The translations under genes were made by a program, and so were the position numbers. Below are positions 11,098 through 25,009 of a stretch of 64,000 nt of DNA, piece after piece. The stretch comes from Podarcis liolepis (lineage: Eukaryota). A model generated the notes under the pieces. It was given only the letters and a program-made list of their open reading frames with translations, ran no database searches and was not told the DNA's origin. Position 1 is the stretch's first letter, and the number at the start of each line of letters is the position of its first letter. The stretch is from the NCBI GenBank assembly GCA_965112155.1, contig OZ218106.1; one strand, 5' to 3'.

Positions 11098-11505
11098 TTC
11101 CTGGTCCCTCTAGGAGGTTTAGTCTTGACTGCTGTCGGTGCAGAGGCTCTGCTAGCTGACTGAGCCCTGGCGCCTCCCACTTCCATAGGTTCCACTCCCC
11201 CTCCTGGCGGAGGTGTGGATTGCGCACGCGCTGCTTCCCTTGGAACGAAAGAGAAACTTCTCGCTGCTTCGCGCCCTCCACGTCCTTCATCTCTGCACCA
11301 TGGACGTTCTTCCAGCCTCACCCCCACAGTCAGCGCCCTTTGGACCACCTCCTGCGTGCTTCGGGGCCTCTCCCCCCTCGCAATTTCATCCTTCACAGCA
11401 GAGCTGAGACCCTCCCAGAACAGGTCCCTGACTGGGGGCGAGTCCCGGTCCCATTCCAATGCACTGACCAGCGCAAAAAAGCGGGCGTGGTACTGTCGGA
11501 CGCTC
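10920..11505 (-). pseudogene. gag: N-terminally truncated gag (capsid C-terminal part plus CCHC zinc knuckle)
   Basis: Contains SVRQYHARF..L..LEW..LFWEGLSSAVKDEI (retrotransposon gag core), EPMEVG and CYICESPQHLAKEC. It is fused directly to LTR sequence at 11506 with no ATG upstream of the gag core. Confidence 0.9.
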
Positions 11506-11816
11506 GCCCTCCCTCCTTCTGAAAGTCTCCGGAGCCCGATATCTGGTCCCCTTTCTCCCCGCTGCTCCCGGCTGGGAACGTGGGTCCCGATCTCCAACTG
11601 CTGCTTTCTGATCCCTCTCTGGACCCTTTTTCCTGGGGTGTCCCCCTGCTCTCCCCCCTTGCTCTGGCTGCTGGCGCTCCCTTCTGGGAATCCTCGGACT
11701 CGCTAGACAGGCTCGGTGATCTCGGGTCGTCATCCCCACTCATCCTTCCTTTGTATTCCTCCCCCTCGCTCTCTGTCTCCTCCCTTCTCTGCGTCTCTGC
11801 TCCTGAACCCCTGACA
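11506..11816 (-). repeat. Truncated 5' LTR (first 311 bp of U3 only)
   Basis: Identical to 6744-7054. Lacks the TATA, R and U5 portion, and no PBS follows. Confidence 0.93.
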
Positions 11817-14194
11817 CCATCGTTTAAAAAAAGCCTGTCACCTGCATTCAGGGCAGCATCTTTTGGTAGCCTAACCAGCAACTTTGTTAAATATATCTCT
11901 TTATTTACACAGACATATACCACTTGGGTAAAGAAACACTACAATAATTATTCTACCCGACTCTTAACTATCAAAATACAATTTGAACAAAAAGCATATT
12001 AAGTCCAAGGCCAGGATTGGGCAGGTATAGCTGGGCATTTGCCAATAACCATATCCCTGAAGGGACCCACTGAAAAGAAGACTTTTCAGAGCTTCTCAAA
12101 TTTTCTGATTAGAAAGCACTATTGCACTGTAAGTAAAAGAGAGGTTATTCTGAAGTTCGCAACACAATTTAAAGCTTACATTCAGCTATCAAATATATCT
12201 GTGTAACGTATTAGTGCCAAGGAATCAAGCAAAAAGTCATTTTAAAGGAAGTATGAAAACTTTGTTTTATTTGTTTCTGCCAATCTGCCTGCCAGTAAAG
12301 GGAGATAATATTTCATCTTTACTCAGTCTAGCTGCCATAACTGTAGACTAACAACAGACATCTCTTGACTATGAATAATTTGACAAAGTCTACATATAAA
12401 TATTAAACAGGGGCAGATCAGAAGCCTATAGAATGTCATTCATTAAGTCCACACACCCCTCCGAGAACAATAGCCACCTATTGATACATCTGTTGTATGG
12501 TCAGGTGTTTTATGAATGAAGCCATCTTAGAACGGAACCAGGCAACTTGTAAAAATACATGAGGGATTTCGCCAAGTATATAATAATCAGCTGCGTTGAA
12601 AGCTGTACAATGATTAAGTGCTTTAGGATGAGGATAGATGCCTAGACAAAAGAAGTAAATGTAAGAAAGCCATTCATAACCTTCACAGGCGGAGTCTATA
12701 CTCCCTAGAGCTTTAGCATAATGAATACAGGGTATTTTGATAGAGCATCATACAGAGATTTATGCATTGCCCACTGAAGAAATATCAGGAATGGATGGGA
12801 AAGATGTGGGAGAGGAACACTTAGACCTTGGTTGTTCTTGGAACATTGCTGCTGAAAGAAGCCCAGGATTCTTCCACAGCTGCTCTTTCATATACCTTTA
12901 CTCCATAATTGCATACTTAATAGCTTCAACAGAACTTCTCGTTGCCACTCTAGGTATACTCATTGCCATTAATGCTCCTGATTTAGGCTTCCAACTACAT
13001 TTAACTTAAATAAATCCTCATCCTCCTTTGAGAATTTTTTTTATAAAAAAAGAATAACGAAGTTCTTTCTTTACACTAATCTGTTTCAGAACAAAAACAT
13101 AGACTAACTTTTACAGAAAAACAGAGCTAGTTGCATAAGTGCTTTTAGCATTAGATAATGTCTATAAAAATACATTTTCCCCTTTTCAGATGTATTTTTA
13201 ATTATGTCAGCAGGTTTTTCACCATCCGCCACTGACAAGAGCCCTTTTCACACCTTCAAAAACCATGTGGGATCAACGTGTAAAGGAGAAGCATGAGCTT
13301 GCCTGATCGTCCTGTTCTTGGTGTCCATATGTTGACTGGCAGGTAAAAACAGAACTCCCTTATACAGTTGGTTCATAACCAGGAACCATGAAAAACGCAA
13401 GGCCTTGATCAAGCAGACTGCATTCATATCTAAGTTGTATGCACATAAACTCAGTTCAACATATGGAGCTTGGACAGTCATAGTCTTATTCACTTTTCCA
13501 CATGTTGAACCCCGTTCTTCTGCTTCTGCTGTCCCCACTATGGTCTTTCTTCTTTTGCCCTTCTTTCAAACAGTGTGTAAGCCACTACAACATTGCCCAG
13601 CCCACACAGATACTCTGCTCATGCTCTTACCATCCTTCATGGCAGAGGTCAGAGGATCATAGTGACAAATTCGACCTCCACTCACTGTTGTAGAGTTACA
13701 GGTGCACAGATTCTTTGTGGCATGTGATGTATGTGTATTTCTCCATTATGCAAGGGCTGCATTTTCTGGAGAGAAAAGTTGGGGAAGACGTACTAAAGGC
13801 AAAGAGATAGATGGTCAAAAAATACAGCAGGTCCCAGGAACGGAGAGAGAAGATGGGTAACAGTATGCAGCAGGATATGCAGGGAAAGCTAATGAGGGTT
13901 GAGGGTCTCTTATGTATTTATTTCATTTATATACTGCTAGTCTTCTGCAGTGGAACTCAAGGCAGCATACAAAGGCTTTCCAGCTGGTCTCCAATCCTGG
14001 CATGGGTAAGACCCAAGCCTACTCAGCTCTAGCAAGGTTGCTGCAATCAGGTGACTTCAATCCATCTCCTAGGATTGTGCTAGCATTTGTGCTAGCATCA
14101 CTAATATTTAATTTAAAACCTTGGAAAGGAGCAGTGGTGACCTGGGAATTAACGTAGAGCAAGTTTTGTGAGCAATGTTCTGGTGCATCTAAGG

Positions 14195-14328
14195 CAGGCA
14201 TCCCCAAACTCAGCCCTCCAGATGTTTTGGGACTACAACTTCCATCATCCCTAGCTAACAGGACCAGTGGTCAGGGATGATGGGAACTGTAGTCCCAAAA
14301 CATCTGAAGGGCCGAGTTTGGGGATGCC
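14195..14328. mobile_element. Palindromic hAT-type MITE
   Basis: Near-perfect hairpin CAGGCATCCCCAAACT...AGTTTGGGGATGCC. 8-bp TSD ATCTAAGG at 14187-14194 and 14329-14336. Confidence 0.85.
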
Positions 14329-17300
14329 ATCTAAGGCCTTACACTGGGAATATGATGTCATCTCTGGAGTGTGATCTGAATCAGAATAGAGTAGTCCACA
14401 AAGAACAGAAGGTAGCTGAGTATTATCTTCTTGTATTTGATACAGCAGCCTCCTGTGACTTAGTGATATGACAGAGGGATCCATTCTCCTCTTCTTCTCC
14501 TATAGTTTTGTGTTCCCATTAACTTTGTCTTAAGTCTCTTAATTCCCCCCCAAAAAGGGAAAGCAAGCTTTTTTAAAAAAAAATGTTGAGAGAGTGTTTG
14601 TTCCCAACCACAGTTCAATGTAGCAGAGAAATGTCAAATCAGATTATTACTTATGCTTTCGGCACTACCTATTGATTACGTAAAATTGTTTTGTTGTTCT
14701 CATTACATGTGAAATGGCAAGTACTTGCTACCAAAAGGTCTCATCACTTCTGTAACTTGCAATCACTGCTTACTGCTGATTTTCTATTGCAGCACCAGCA
14801 GGTGATTAATGAGACTATTTCAAGTGCCTTAAATCTGGATGCTCAATCTCAGGACTAAGTTCTCACAATTCCACATGAGAGTCAATGTACTCTACAAAAA
14901 GTGTGCCCTGGCACCTAATTATGAGCCGTTATCTATTCTAGTCGCACAGCATGTGCTTATGATGTGTGTTGCTGAGGTTTCCCTCCTGCCTTTGAATATA
15001 TGAATCTGATACATAAAAGGAAGCCCTCTGTCTACCACTTCTGTAGCCCCTGACTACATCCTAAAAAATAATAGTGGTGAACATACCTTTTGTGAACCAA
15101 AATGGTATTTTCTTCTCTTCGAGTGTTCATTTCTTCCCAGACTTCAAACTTTGAAAGAATGACTCAGTGGCTTCCTGAAATGGCCTCTGTACTACAAAGT
15201 GCAACTCTCCAGCTTAAAGTCACAATTAAGAGCAAGAATAACAGGAGAATAACTGTATTCATTCAGCAGCTCCAAGGAAAGTTTCAAAAGATATGTACAG
15301 CCTCTGCTACCTTTCTTGTAGAATCCAGGATCGAGACAAAATTATACATTTATTCCACCAACATCCCTTTTTCAGCGATACCCAATTTGCACACACTGGT
15401 TATGAACTGGTTGAGGTCTTCACCTTTCATCCCTCCCCTTTATCATGTCCACACATTGCAAAATGAACAACAGTAATAGTTTTTTTGTGTGTGTGTGTGG
15501 CTGCGAGCAAAATCAAGGCACAACCCCTGAAATGAAGTCAACAGATTAGCTGTTCATCTCCCTGTGCACCTCAGAATAATTATTCAGCTCCTAAAGCAAC
15601 ATGTATTGACACACCTTTTCAAAAAGGTACACAAAAAGTTCCACAAGAATTTCCCTGGCATTAACATAATGCCAAAAAACAACCACACACAAAACATATT
15701 CAAGCAACAGAGGCTACTGGCACAGTTTGCTGCATTGTACTGGACAGCAGGGGAAGGAGGACTCAAGAATAGGCTTATCAGACAGTGAGTAATGGAACAC
15801 CTGCTGCCACCTATAGTCTTTCTGAATCTGTGCTATACAGTTTCACCATTCACAGCACTGGGGCGTAAGTAATGCTCGAAGGCCAAATATGGGCCTGTCT
15901 GTCAACCACCCAGCGCTTGAACAAAATGTCCCATGTAGCTGATGATGCTGTGATATTCAGAAAATGTAAGAAACATAGTTGGAGTCCCATCCCCGAGCAA
16001 TGGTTTTAGCAATTCATGCTGTGGCATTATCCCTCCTTTCTGTGAAACACATTTTCATTACAACCGTGCCACATACCCTGAGTCAATAGGGCTCTCAAGA
16101 TTACACAACCCCCCTCCCCCTCCTGTTGAATTTATTGCAGGCATGGAACGGAGAACCTGAAGCTCAAACACAAAACATGATGGCAGCAGACAAAAGTGCT
16201 CCAAGGCATCCAGACCTCACCCCTCCCAGCTAATACCAGCGTGATCAGCTGCCAGTCTCTAACCTACTGTACTAGTTACTGTCCACCTACTCAGATAATA
16301 GTTTGCACAGGTGCGAGATTTCTGTGCTCTTGCACGTTCCCAGCGGAGACAACAGGAGCTCTTCTCATCTGTCAAGCACAGGGTGGCTATTTCAGTTTCA
16401 GAAACTCTTTTGCCTTCCCTCCTCAACATCACGGACAAGGTCAAGACAAGTATTCCCCAATAAAACACAGAGGGCTTACAAGCCTTATGGCACAATGTAA
16501 CTGAGATCATCCGGAGGGTTAAGTGTCTTCAGTTCTCATTAAAGAAAGGGTTGAGTTTCAGCCTATGAAGACCTGGACAGGTATTCTAGCTGCAGGGCCA
16601 GACACGCAAACCACAATTATGAACAGGTCATGTTGTCTCTGGTTACTTTTTAAAAATCCTTTTCACAACTGTATTTATTTATTTAAAACTATTGCTGCCT
16701 GCAAATACTGTAAAAGCTATTTGGGTGCTGTAATACTACTTTATTCTTGTATGGTAAGAGGGAGGGAGAAATGGGCTGACTAAGATGACTAATTTTCTGC
16801 ATACAGTATTAGAATCAACTATTTTTAAAATAATAATAATAAATAAATAAATTCATATAGACACCAGTGCAACTTTTCTTTCGTACAAATGGTAAGTAGG
16901 CAAGAGATCTTTCCCCAAGTAAATAATTCTTCCTTATAGGTAAGATGCACAAATTACCAAAGCATAAAGTTAGAAACCAGTCCCTACCCCACTCCAGTGG
17001 TTTGCTGCCATGGGAGGTCACACTAAATATTTATTTGCATCAATCTGCACAGCAATTTATGCACTAAGTACAAACAACGAACAGATTATGGATTGCATCG
17101 AATGAAGTCATCCTGTTAGCACATGAACTTCTGCCTGTGCAATTGGCACAGAACACTATAGTTTCAACCAGGTATTATTATAAGGACTTTTAATTGTAAA
17201 AAAGAAGAAGCTTTTTTTAATCCATGATTGATTAGGCAATTTTTTTCCAGAGACTCATGTGAGGAACTGAATCAAATTGCTGAATCAATGCACTTCTGTA

Positions 17301-18579
17301 TTTTTTAATATATATTTGTCAGTTAGATATTTTGAAACCAACAACAATCAGTAGTGGATCTATAGATTGTCTAAGCCCTTCTTGTTCATCCACCAAAACA
17401 GATTTCTCTTTTAACCAGTCAGTTTATTATGAAGGTGCTTTACAAACTATCAGGAAGAGAACTTGCTGCATCAACTTTAGAACCTTTTCTTAAATGTGAG
17501 GGAAATTACAACAATATAATCCAAGCATCAGATACTATACCTGTTGAATCAATAAAAGTAAATACAACTGCTAATAGAAAAGCCCATCAGCTAATATTAA
17601 ATTTCAAAAATTCTGGTGGTATGAAATTTATACCTTTATTTATTATTTAGCTGGAGGAGAAAATTCTTAACTGCAGTAACTGACATGGGAGGCCACTGGG
17701 ATAGGTTTTCTGGAATATCTCGTTTTTGGTTAACCTTAACATCAGCATCCGTGAATAATGATTGATTAAAGGCACAGTTTTGAGCAGGAAATTTACCAAA
17801 TTTTTAAAACCAGGTCTACACAAATGTGTCTAGGATTGCAGGCTTAAGTATTTTAACCACAAACTCAATAATGATTTACAAGCATGTGGTTTAATTACCG
17901 GTACTAGTATCAAGTGATTAAAAGAGTTCAGATATTTCGATTACAGCATTTTACAACTGACTATATCTACATATACTGAAAAACTCCCCCCCCCCAAACA
18001 TTTGCAAGCAAGTGACAGATATCTGATAGAGATCTGATAAGGACATGGAGGTGGATCCCATGAAGAAGAAGAAAATACTGTGGTTAGATGTGAAATACTT
18101 TTCTTTCTTTTTTTATGATGCAGCTCCTGCAGAAATGTGAAAGAAACTGCCATGTTTCAACAACCCCCTTCTCTCACACATTTTTGTATGGACAAAGAAA
18201 GCATTTTATGGTTTACCAGGAGCTTGAGTTCTAAAGAAGAAAATGGGGTGCCACCCTTCAAAAGAACTACTTTATTATTTCAGAGTTCACAATTATGCAT
18301 TATTTATTGCTCAGCAGTTTAAAGAAATATTGTTTTGCCACTTCCGTTTAAAACACTGACGTCTCACTTTTTAAGCCCGACAGCTATTCCCTTGAGAAAT
18401 TTGTTATTTCAGGAAAAGATCATCATTCAGACTTATGTAAGAATGGTAACATTGGGTGACAACTAAAGAAATCTGTTCCTTTGGTGCAGAATTCTTCAAT
18501 GCTTTGTTGCTTTCCAAAGCTGAATTTCTCTCTCATTAAATTCACCAGAGACGGTGCTAATGATAACCATTACTTGAGG

Positions 18580-18611
<32 letters not shown>

Positions 18612-21600
18612 TACCCAAGGTTGAATGGTACCCTTTCCAGACCCCAGTAACCAATTTCATTATGTGTTCTAGTTTCTTAGTCTCAAATAGTTGGGGGTTG
18701 GGACCAACCCCATTGTAACGCTCCTTAATACCTTACAAAGAAATAAATTTCTAAAAGCTTTTACCCATAGATGCAAAGCTTTCAGCAACAAATTTGTTTA
18801 TAGCATTCAACTCTGTACTGCATTTTCTGCATACAACTTTGCTAAACCATATTTGACATCTCTCCACCCCATGCTCTTAGAGGAACCAGTTCTAGTCTTC
18901 AGTAGGCAGGGACATCCAGGGCAGGGTAGACAATTAGCCATGTCCATTAATTTCAATGGGGCTACTCATCAGCCCCAGCCAGCATAACCAATGGCCAGGG
19001 ATGATGATGGAAGCTTTAGCCCAACCTTAGCCCTCACCTCAGCAGTTCTTCCTGAATCCTCAGGCCATTCCCTTCGGCTGACGATCAGAGCTGTGTACAC
19101 CACACAGATTGTCAAGCGTCCTCTAAATGGAACTGCTTCCCTAAGGTGCGCTGGATAAGGCTGGCCCACTGCCAGTGATGACATTAGCTTCAACTGCCAG
19201 GCCAGTCAGCAACTGTACATAGAAGGAAAAGAAGGGGTGCACCATCTTGTCCTTTGCCTCTGGCAACAAACTGTCTTAAACCAGTCTGCTCTTATCTTTA
19301 AAAGGCTGGTGTGTGTGTGTGTGAATTGACACACAGTAGGATTTCCAAGGACATGCCACAAAGCTTTCATATATCTCATATTAGAAATTAGAACAACATA
19401 ACCATCTGCAAACAGCTGATAAGTAGGTCAGGTGTATTTCTGGTGTTTGTTTTTTAAGAGTGTCTTAATACATATTGAAGAAAGGCTAGCTCTCACAATA
19501 AAAATTGTGCCAAATTAGACAACCCTTAAATATCCTTCAATATTTGGGATTTGTGTCTGACCACTATTGGAATCAATGGATTATATCTGGCCAAGTCAGA
19601 ACAGATCCATCGAAATCAATGGATTTAAGTTTGTCATGTCCATTGATTTCAATGTAGCTTTTCATCAGCCCCAGCCAGCAAGACCAATCAGGGATGATGG
19701 AAGTTGTAGTCGAACAACATATGGAAGGCCACAGGTTATACACACACAAACACAAATTATGCCTAAGAAAAGTTGGTCATGGAATCAACTAGAAGGGAGG
19801 CAACCTTGCACTGAATTCAAAGTCTGAGTTATAAGTGAACTGAACTGTAACCAAATTATTATCAAATTCAATACATATTTAAGTAGGCAATTGCCAGGAA
19901 AATCCTATACATTCAACATTTGACTTAAAAAACAACAACAAACAGCGTTTCTCAAAAACAACAAGGAAAAGGAATTTCAGAGGGAGAGAGAAATGGGTTC
20001 AGTCTCTCCATAACGATTAGAGGTTACTTAAAACTGCAATAATATAATGTCAAGCTAGAATATGTACCACAGATCAGAAAACAAACCATCACCTCCAAGG
20101 AGATGCAAGTGTGGTTAACAAGGAAGCTATAAAAGGCAAGAAAGCTTCCTCCAGAAATTGGAAGTCTTGCACTAATTGAGGGCTGTGGGAGACAAAACAC
20201 AAAATCTGGCACAACAAATGCAAACTGAAGCAAGGGAAGCACACACAAAAGTATTTGAGGAGTATATTACTAAAGACATTCAGACTAACAAGAAAAATGA
20301 AAATACACCAGAAGCAGCAAAAAGAGCCAGGAGGCAACCAGACTCTTAGATGAAAAGGAGTGAAACATGTGCTAGAGGAGGAGTCTGCAGAGAAACTGAA
20401 CGAATTACTGGCATTCCCCCCCACTTCTTCGTGTTAAGCGCACATGACTGCATATATGTGTGGTGCTGAGAAATCAATCAATCCATCCATTCAACCCGGA
20501 AATGGTGTGGTTGAGGAGTAAGTGATACTTACAAGCCAAGACACATGCTGGGACATTAAATACGCAGGAGGGAAATGTTCAAATAAAAGCTTTGGTTGCT
20601 TGGGTCATTTCTGTTGTTGGTAATCTGTCTTAGTTAATGTGCTGTATATAACACTGGAGAATTAGCATTTTATGATTAGGGAGTAATCTACTCAAAATGA
20701 CTAAAACATGTACATTGTTGAAGACATGTCACAGATTCTGCTGTATGCTGGCAGTATGTACCAGTTAGGCATCTCCTGCTAGAGACCAGCTGAACTCTGC
20801 ACTTTAATGGAATTTAAGCTGTCTAATTGGATGTGGGACTGCAGCCCAGGATATTAGCAGCTCTGCCGATATTATTCTCTCTACTAGCTGGTTTGTAAAT
20901 GGAAGAATCTGATCTTGTTCCAAAGGGAGCATGGTTTAGCAGTACTGGCGTAGATACAGCAAATGCTAGGGATGTGCAATCACTTCAGCAGAAACTCAAA
21001 CCAAGAATTAAAGCAGTTTGATTAAAAAAAGATTTAGGGGGTAATCTGAATCAGAGTGTCATCGGAGGCATCCCAAACTGAATCTGAGTCATCCCAAAGT
21101 TGCATTAGTGATTCAGAGATGAACAGAGACACAATGAGTATGTAGAAATTGATACTCGCCACCACCCCACCCCCCAGCAATGCTCTCCATAAAAGAAAAA
21201 TGCTAGGGAGGAGAAAGGGCGAAAAGAGAGGAGGCGGCAGTGCTGTTTTGTGACCGACAACTGTAGCTTTTAACCAAGGGCTATCATTTTCACTTCCAAT
21301 CCCCGTGATTTGGGGAGGGATGTAGAAAGCAGGAAAATGTCAACAGAAAACCAGAACAAAAAAACTATTTTTTCTTTTCTTTTTTTAAAACACAATGACT
21401 TGACCCCTTCACCAACCCCCTTTGAAAGTGACTTATCCAGGGGTACTTCTATCTTTGGTCATTTTCATGGTCATTGTTTGCCACAGGCAGGTTGGTATGG
21501 GTGTAAATTGTCTTTCAGAAAAACACCTGATTCCAAACAATTCAAAACTTTGTGTCAGTACTAACAACTTTAAATTGATTCTGGGAAGTTATGGTTAATA

Positions 21601-21809
21601 AACGCAGCTGGGACAGAAAGCTCGGCTAGACTAGAGTATGGTGATGCAGTGCTTTAGAATTTCACCAGAGTGCTGGGCTATAACCTCACTCTGATGGGCT
21701 GCAGGTACAGCTAGCCAGAGGGATGGGAAGTCAGCACTTTGGGAGGGAAAAAGGAAGAGCATTGGAGAGTTGATAGTGTTTGGGTTCTTGATGCTCAGCT
21801 GGATAGGAG

Positions 21810-22070
21810 CACTGGCGGAGGAACAGGGGTGGGGAGCGCACTGCCCCCAGCGGCATGATCCCAGTGGGGTGCCATTGTGGCTCCTCCCCCCCCCCGCGCG
21901 CAGGGCGCCATGCCCCCACAGACAGTGCGCCACACACCCAGGACGTATGCCACGCCCCTGCAGGCAGCACACCACGCCCTGCAGGCAGCGTGTCATGCCC
22001 CCCCAGGACGCGCGCTAGCCATGCCCCTGCCTGCTCTCCCCCCCCCACCAGAGCTTGAAGCTCCGCCACG
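21810..22070. mobile_element. GC-rich non-autonomous hAT element
   Basis: Imperfect TIRs CACTGGCGGAG / CTCCGCCACG. Perfect TSD GATAGGAG at 21802-21809 and 22071-22078. Confidence 0.8.
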
Positions 22071-22191
22071 GATAGGAGTATATCTCCTGAGCTGTGTGTG
22101 TAAGATCCACTCTGAGAAAAATATCTGTAGCCAGAAAAGGAAGTCTCTGAGCTCAGTCTGAAAGGCAGAGATTGGTGTCTTTTTAGGAGTA

Positions 22192-22422
22192 CAGTGGTAC
22201 CTCAGGTTACATACCCTTCAGGTTACAGACTCCGCTAACCCAGAAATATTACCTCGGGTTAAGAACTTTGCTTCAGGATGAGAACAGAAATCGTGCTTCG
22301 GCAGCACAGCAGCAGCAGGAGGCCCCATTAGCTAAAGTGGTGCTTCAGGTGAAGAACAGTTTCAGGTTAAGAACGGACCTCCGGAACGAATTACGGTAAG
22401 TACTTCACCCGAGGTACCACCG
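22192..22422. mobile_element. Tc1/mariner-type MITE (CAGTGGTACC family), copy 1
   Basis: TIR CAGTGGTACCTC..GAGGTACCACCG with TA flanks. Homologous copies at 26716, 51339 and 58192. Confidence 0.85.
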
Positions 22423-22889
22423 TATACAGAAATGGGGAAAAACTGGGATGCTGAATTAGGGACAGGTGAAGTGGAGTTGTGAGGGATCACTTTACTTGGG
22501 TCTCCATTCAGTAAGGAGGCGACAAAACTTCTAGAGACAGAAAAGAATCCCAAACCAATTGGAGGGCAGTGGTGATCTCCTGGGTTTGTTATACTACTAG
22601 AGGAGCCTCAGTAATGTGATTTATAGAAGGTTGGGAAATTGACACCTTGTTTAAGAACCCAAGAATTAAGACCTAAACATTTAAACTTAAGCAAAGGAAG
22701 TGAAGTATCTGAAAAGCTGAGTGTTTACTATCTCTTTTGGAAGCTTTTAGCATCCACTAAATTTAATATATATAAATAAGTTTACCTGCTTCTATCTCAT
22801 GAGACATTCTTTGGTTTACCCGTTTTGTTCTCTTGCTCCCTCTCTTTTTTGTTTAATTTCCCTAAGTCTCCAAGTACCAGCTTTATTTA

Positions 22890-22935
22890 GAAAAAGAAAG
22901 AAAAGAAAAGAAAAGAAAAGAAAAGAAAAGAAAAA
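22890..22935. repeat. (AAAAG)n microsatellite
   Basis: Pentanucleotide tandem array. Confidence 0.9.
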
Positions 22936-24669
22936 AGTATTAGTTAAAAGCAGGCATGCCTTAGCAGCTGATACAGAATTGGTATAATATAATAAAACCA
23001 CCTAGCTGCTGGAAACTGAATTTTGCACCAGCTGAAGTTTGTGGACTGTTTTTGAAGGCAGTGTTTCTTAAGAGGGCATTTGTTACGCACATAGACAATC
23101 CGAGGCTTGTGCATACAGTTGTCCCAAAATATTTAATCTGGGTTAACAATTTTGCTGCATGATTTCTTCCTCTAAGAAATGGCTCCCTTGACAGACTTGC
23201 TAGTGACCTAAGTACCCTATTTTTATGGTTCATCTGCTGTAATCGTTTTTATTCCAGAAAAGCACAAGCTTGCTATTGAGCAGTAATAGGGCTATGTTTT
23301 TGGAAGACAGAAAGCAAGAGCAAGGAACTAAGGTTGGAGGCAGAGAACAATTTCCAGAACAAATTATAATCCTGTGTGAAGATCGCCTGCGGCATCCAAT
23401 ACAAGGATCCAATCAAGAATGGATGATTGCCACATTAAATTTCACTACACGATGCAGGTTACAAGCATTGCTGCTTTCTCAAGCAATTATTGAAAGGTTA
23501 TCAAAATTCCAGTGTTGATTCCTTTCACCTCTCCCCCTTACATGTTTTATTATAAGCACTCTCATTGAGAGTAATAAATTGCTATTCCATGTTCATCTAA
23601 GGTGAATTCCACACAGCCATAATATCAGCTGAGGTAGCTCACAATAAAGCAGACAACTTTCATACAATGTTAAAGTGTTGGGACTTTCTGAAAATAATAC
23701 TGCCAGTCTCTACAGTTTCAGAAAATTTAAAACTAACAAAATCAAAGATTATAAGAGTCTACTTTTAAGTTATAGCCTCTGTCCTGGTATGCAGCAGTGA
23801 CTTAGCCAAAAATATTGAGGGGGGGGGGACACTTTAATATGTAGTTTGAAAGAATATGCACATTCAAAAACATATTTTGAGATAAATAGTCATTATGTAC
23901 ACATATTTTAGTTATAGCTACTTTGTTTGAAGATGTTTCAGTTACAAAAGATAAACGTTTTATTAACCGATTTTATTTATTCTCTTTTTATTTATTCTCT
24001 TTTTGTAACCAGTTACAAGAGAGAAACATTGTATTAAGAATTCATTTCAAACATAACCCATATTTGCAAATTCTCGTTTTCAGAGTGATCAGATATCGAA
24101 TTCACTGAAAGTATTGCACAAAGTGCATTATAAACCAGAAGACATATATAAGATAGAGGTTTTTTTACACATACCGGCTTTTAGAGTCAACATATACCAG
24201 AAAAAAGGACAATTTCTCCGCTATACCACACTTAAAATTAGAGTACAAAGTGGCCCTAATTTGCACAAATATTTCTCACACTTTGGGAGACCCACCTTAA
24301 TAGGTGGTTTCTGGGGTCATTTCCACTTGTTACACTAATTGCAGTTTGGCTGCTATTAACAAAAGGCCCATTAATTCAAGCTGTGTACTTGGACTAGAGA
24401 ACAATAAGCAGGTTCAAAGGGACCACAGATCCTGCAATAGACGTAATATAGCTAAAGCTTGGATTACATCTGGGCAAGGTTCACAGAATATGCAAATATG
24501 TTCCTCTGCTGGCACATCTCTTCCAATACTTATCAGGCTATTTCTTGTTAATATAATGTATTTTAACTGGGTCAATTATATTATACTGTTTCTACCTAAA
24601 AGTGATTTCTCCACATGAGTATTTTGAGAATGAATTTCACAAAAGAGTCACAGAAAGTGCTCCCTAGAC

Positions 24670-24991
24670 AAGGGATGAGGAATATGTGGCTTACTATATG
24701 TCTAGCTCCCATCAGCCCCAGCTAGCATGGCCAGTGATCAGGAAGAAAGAAGCCCCAGTGCTAGCTTCCTGGCAGCGGTGTCACTGCTGCTTACAGGGAG
24801 AGGAAGACAGCTATGAGGGAGGAACTGTAAGTACAGTGTCCATTCAGGTCCGACTTCAGCCTTCCTGATTAGCGGCAGCAATGCTACTGTTGGGAAATTG
24901 GCACTGTTGACTCCTTCCCACTGGGTAAGCCACTTCTGATGAGAGCTATAGCCTTGCAACATCTGGAGAACCATGGGTACCCCCACCCCTG
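24670..24991. mobile_element. Degenerate hAT-type MITE
   Basis: Ends AAGGGATGAGG / CCCCACCCCTG with flanks CCCTAGAC / CCCCAGAC (7/8 TSD). Internal CCCATCAGCCCCAGC motif is shared with other MITE fragments in the window. Confidence 0.55.
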
Positions 24992-25009
24992 CCCCAGACG
25001 TGAGCTAAG

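Larger units (their letters stand above)
6298..11816 (-). mobile_element. Young Ty3/Gypsy chromovirus (Sushi/PEG10-like) LTR retrotransposon, 5'-deleted
   Basis: Termini TGTCAGGG...CCCTGACA form an 8-bp inverted repeat. TSD CCATC at 6293-6297 and 11817-11821. gag, pol, PPT and two LTR copies are present. Confidence 0.97.

Noticed and set aside
6485-11706. Many plus-strand and alternative-frame ORFs (for example 238 aa at 6818-7534 and 201 aa at 7927-8532)
   Set aside because: Shadows of the GC-rich gag/pol/LTR sequence, with no recognisable domains.
11393-11923. 176-aa minus-strand ORF running from the flank into the 5' LTR
   Set aside because: Chance in-frame join of flank with the LTR peptide frame. 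It has a non-ATG start and no promoter or splice evidence.
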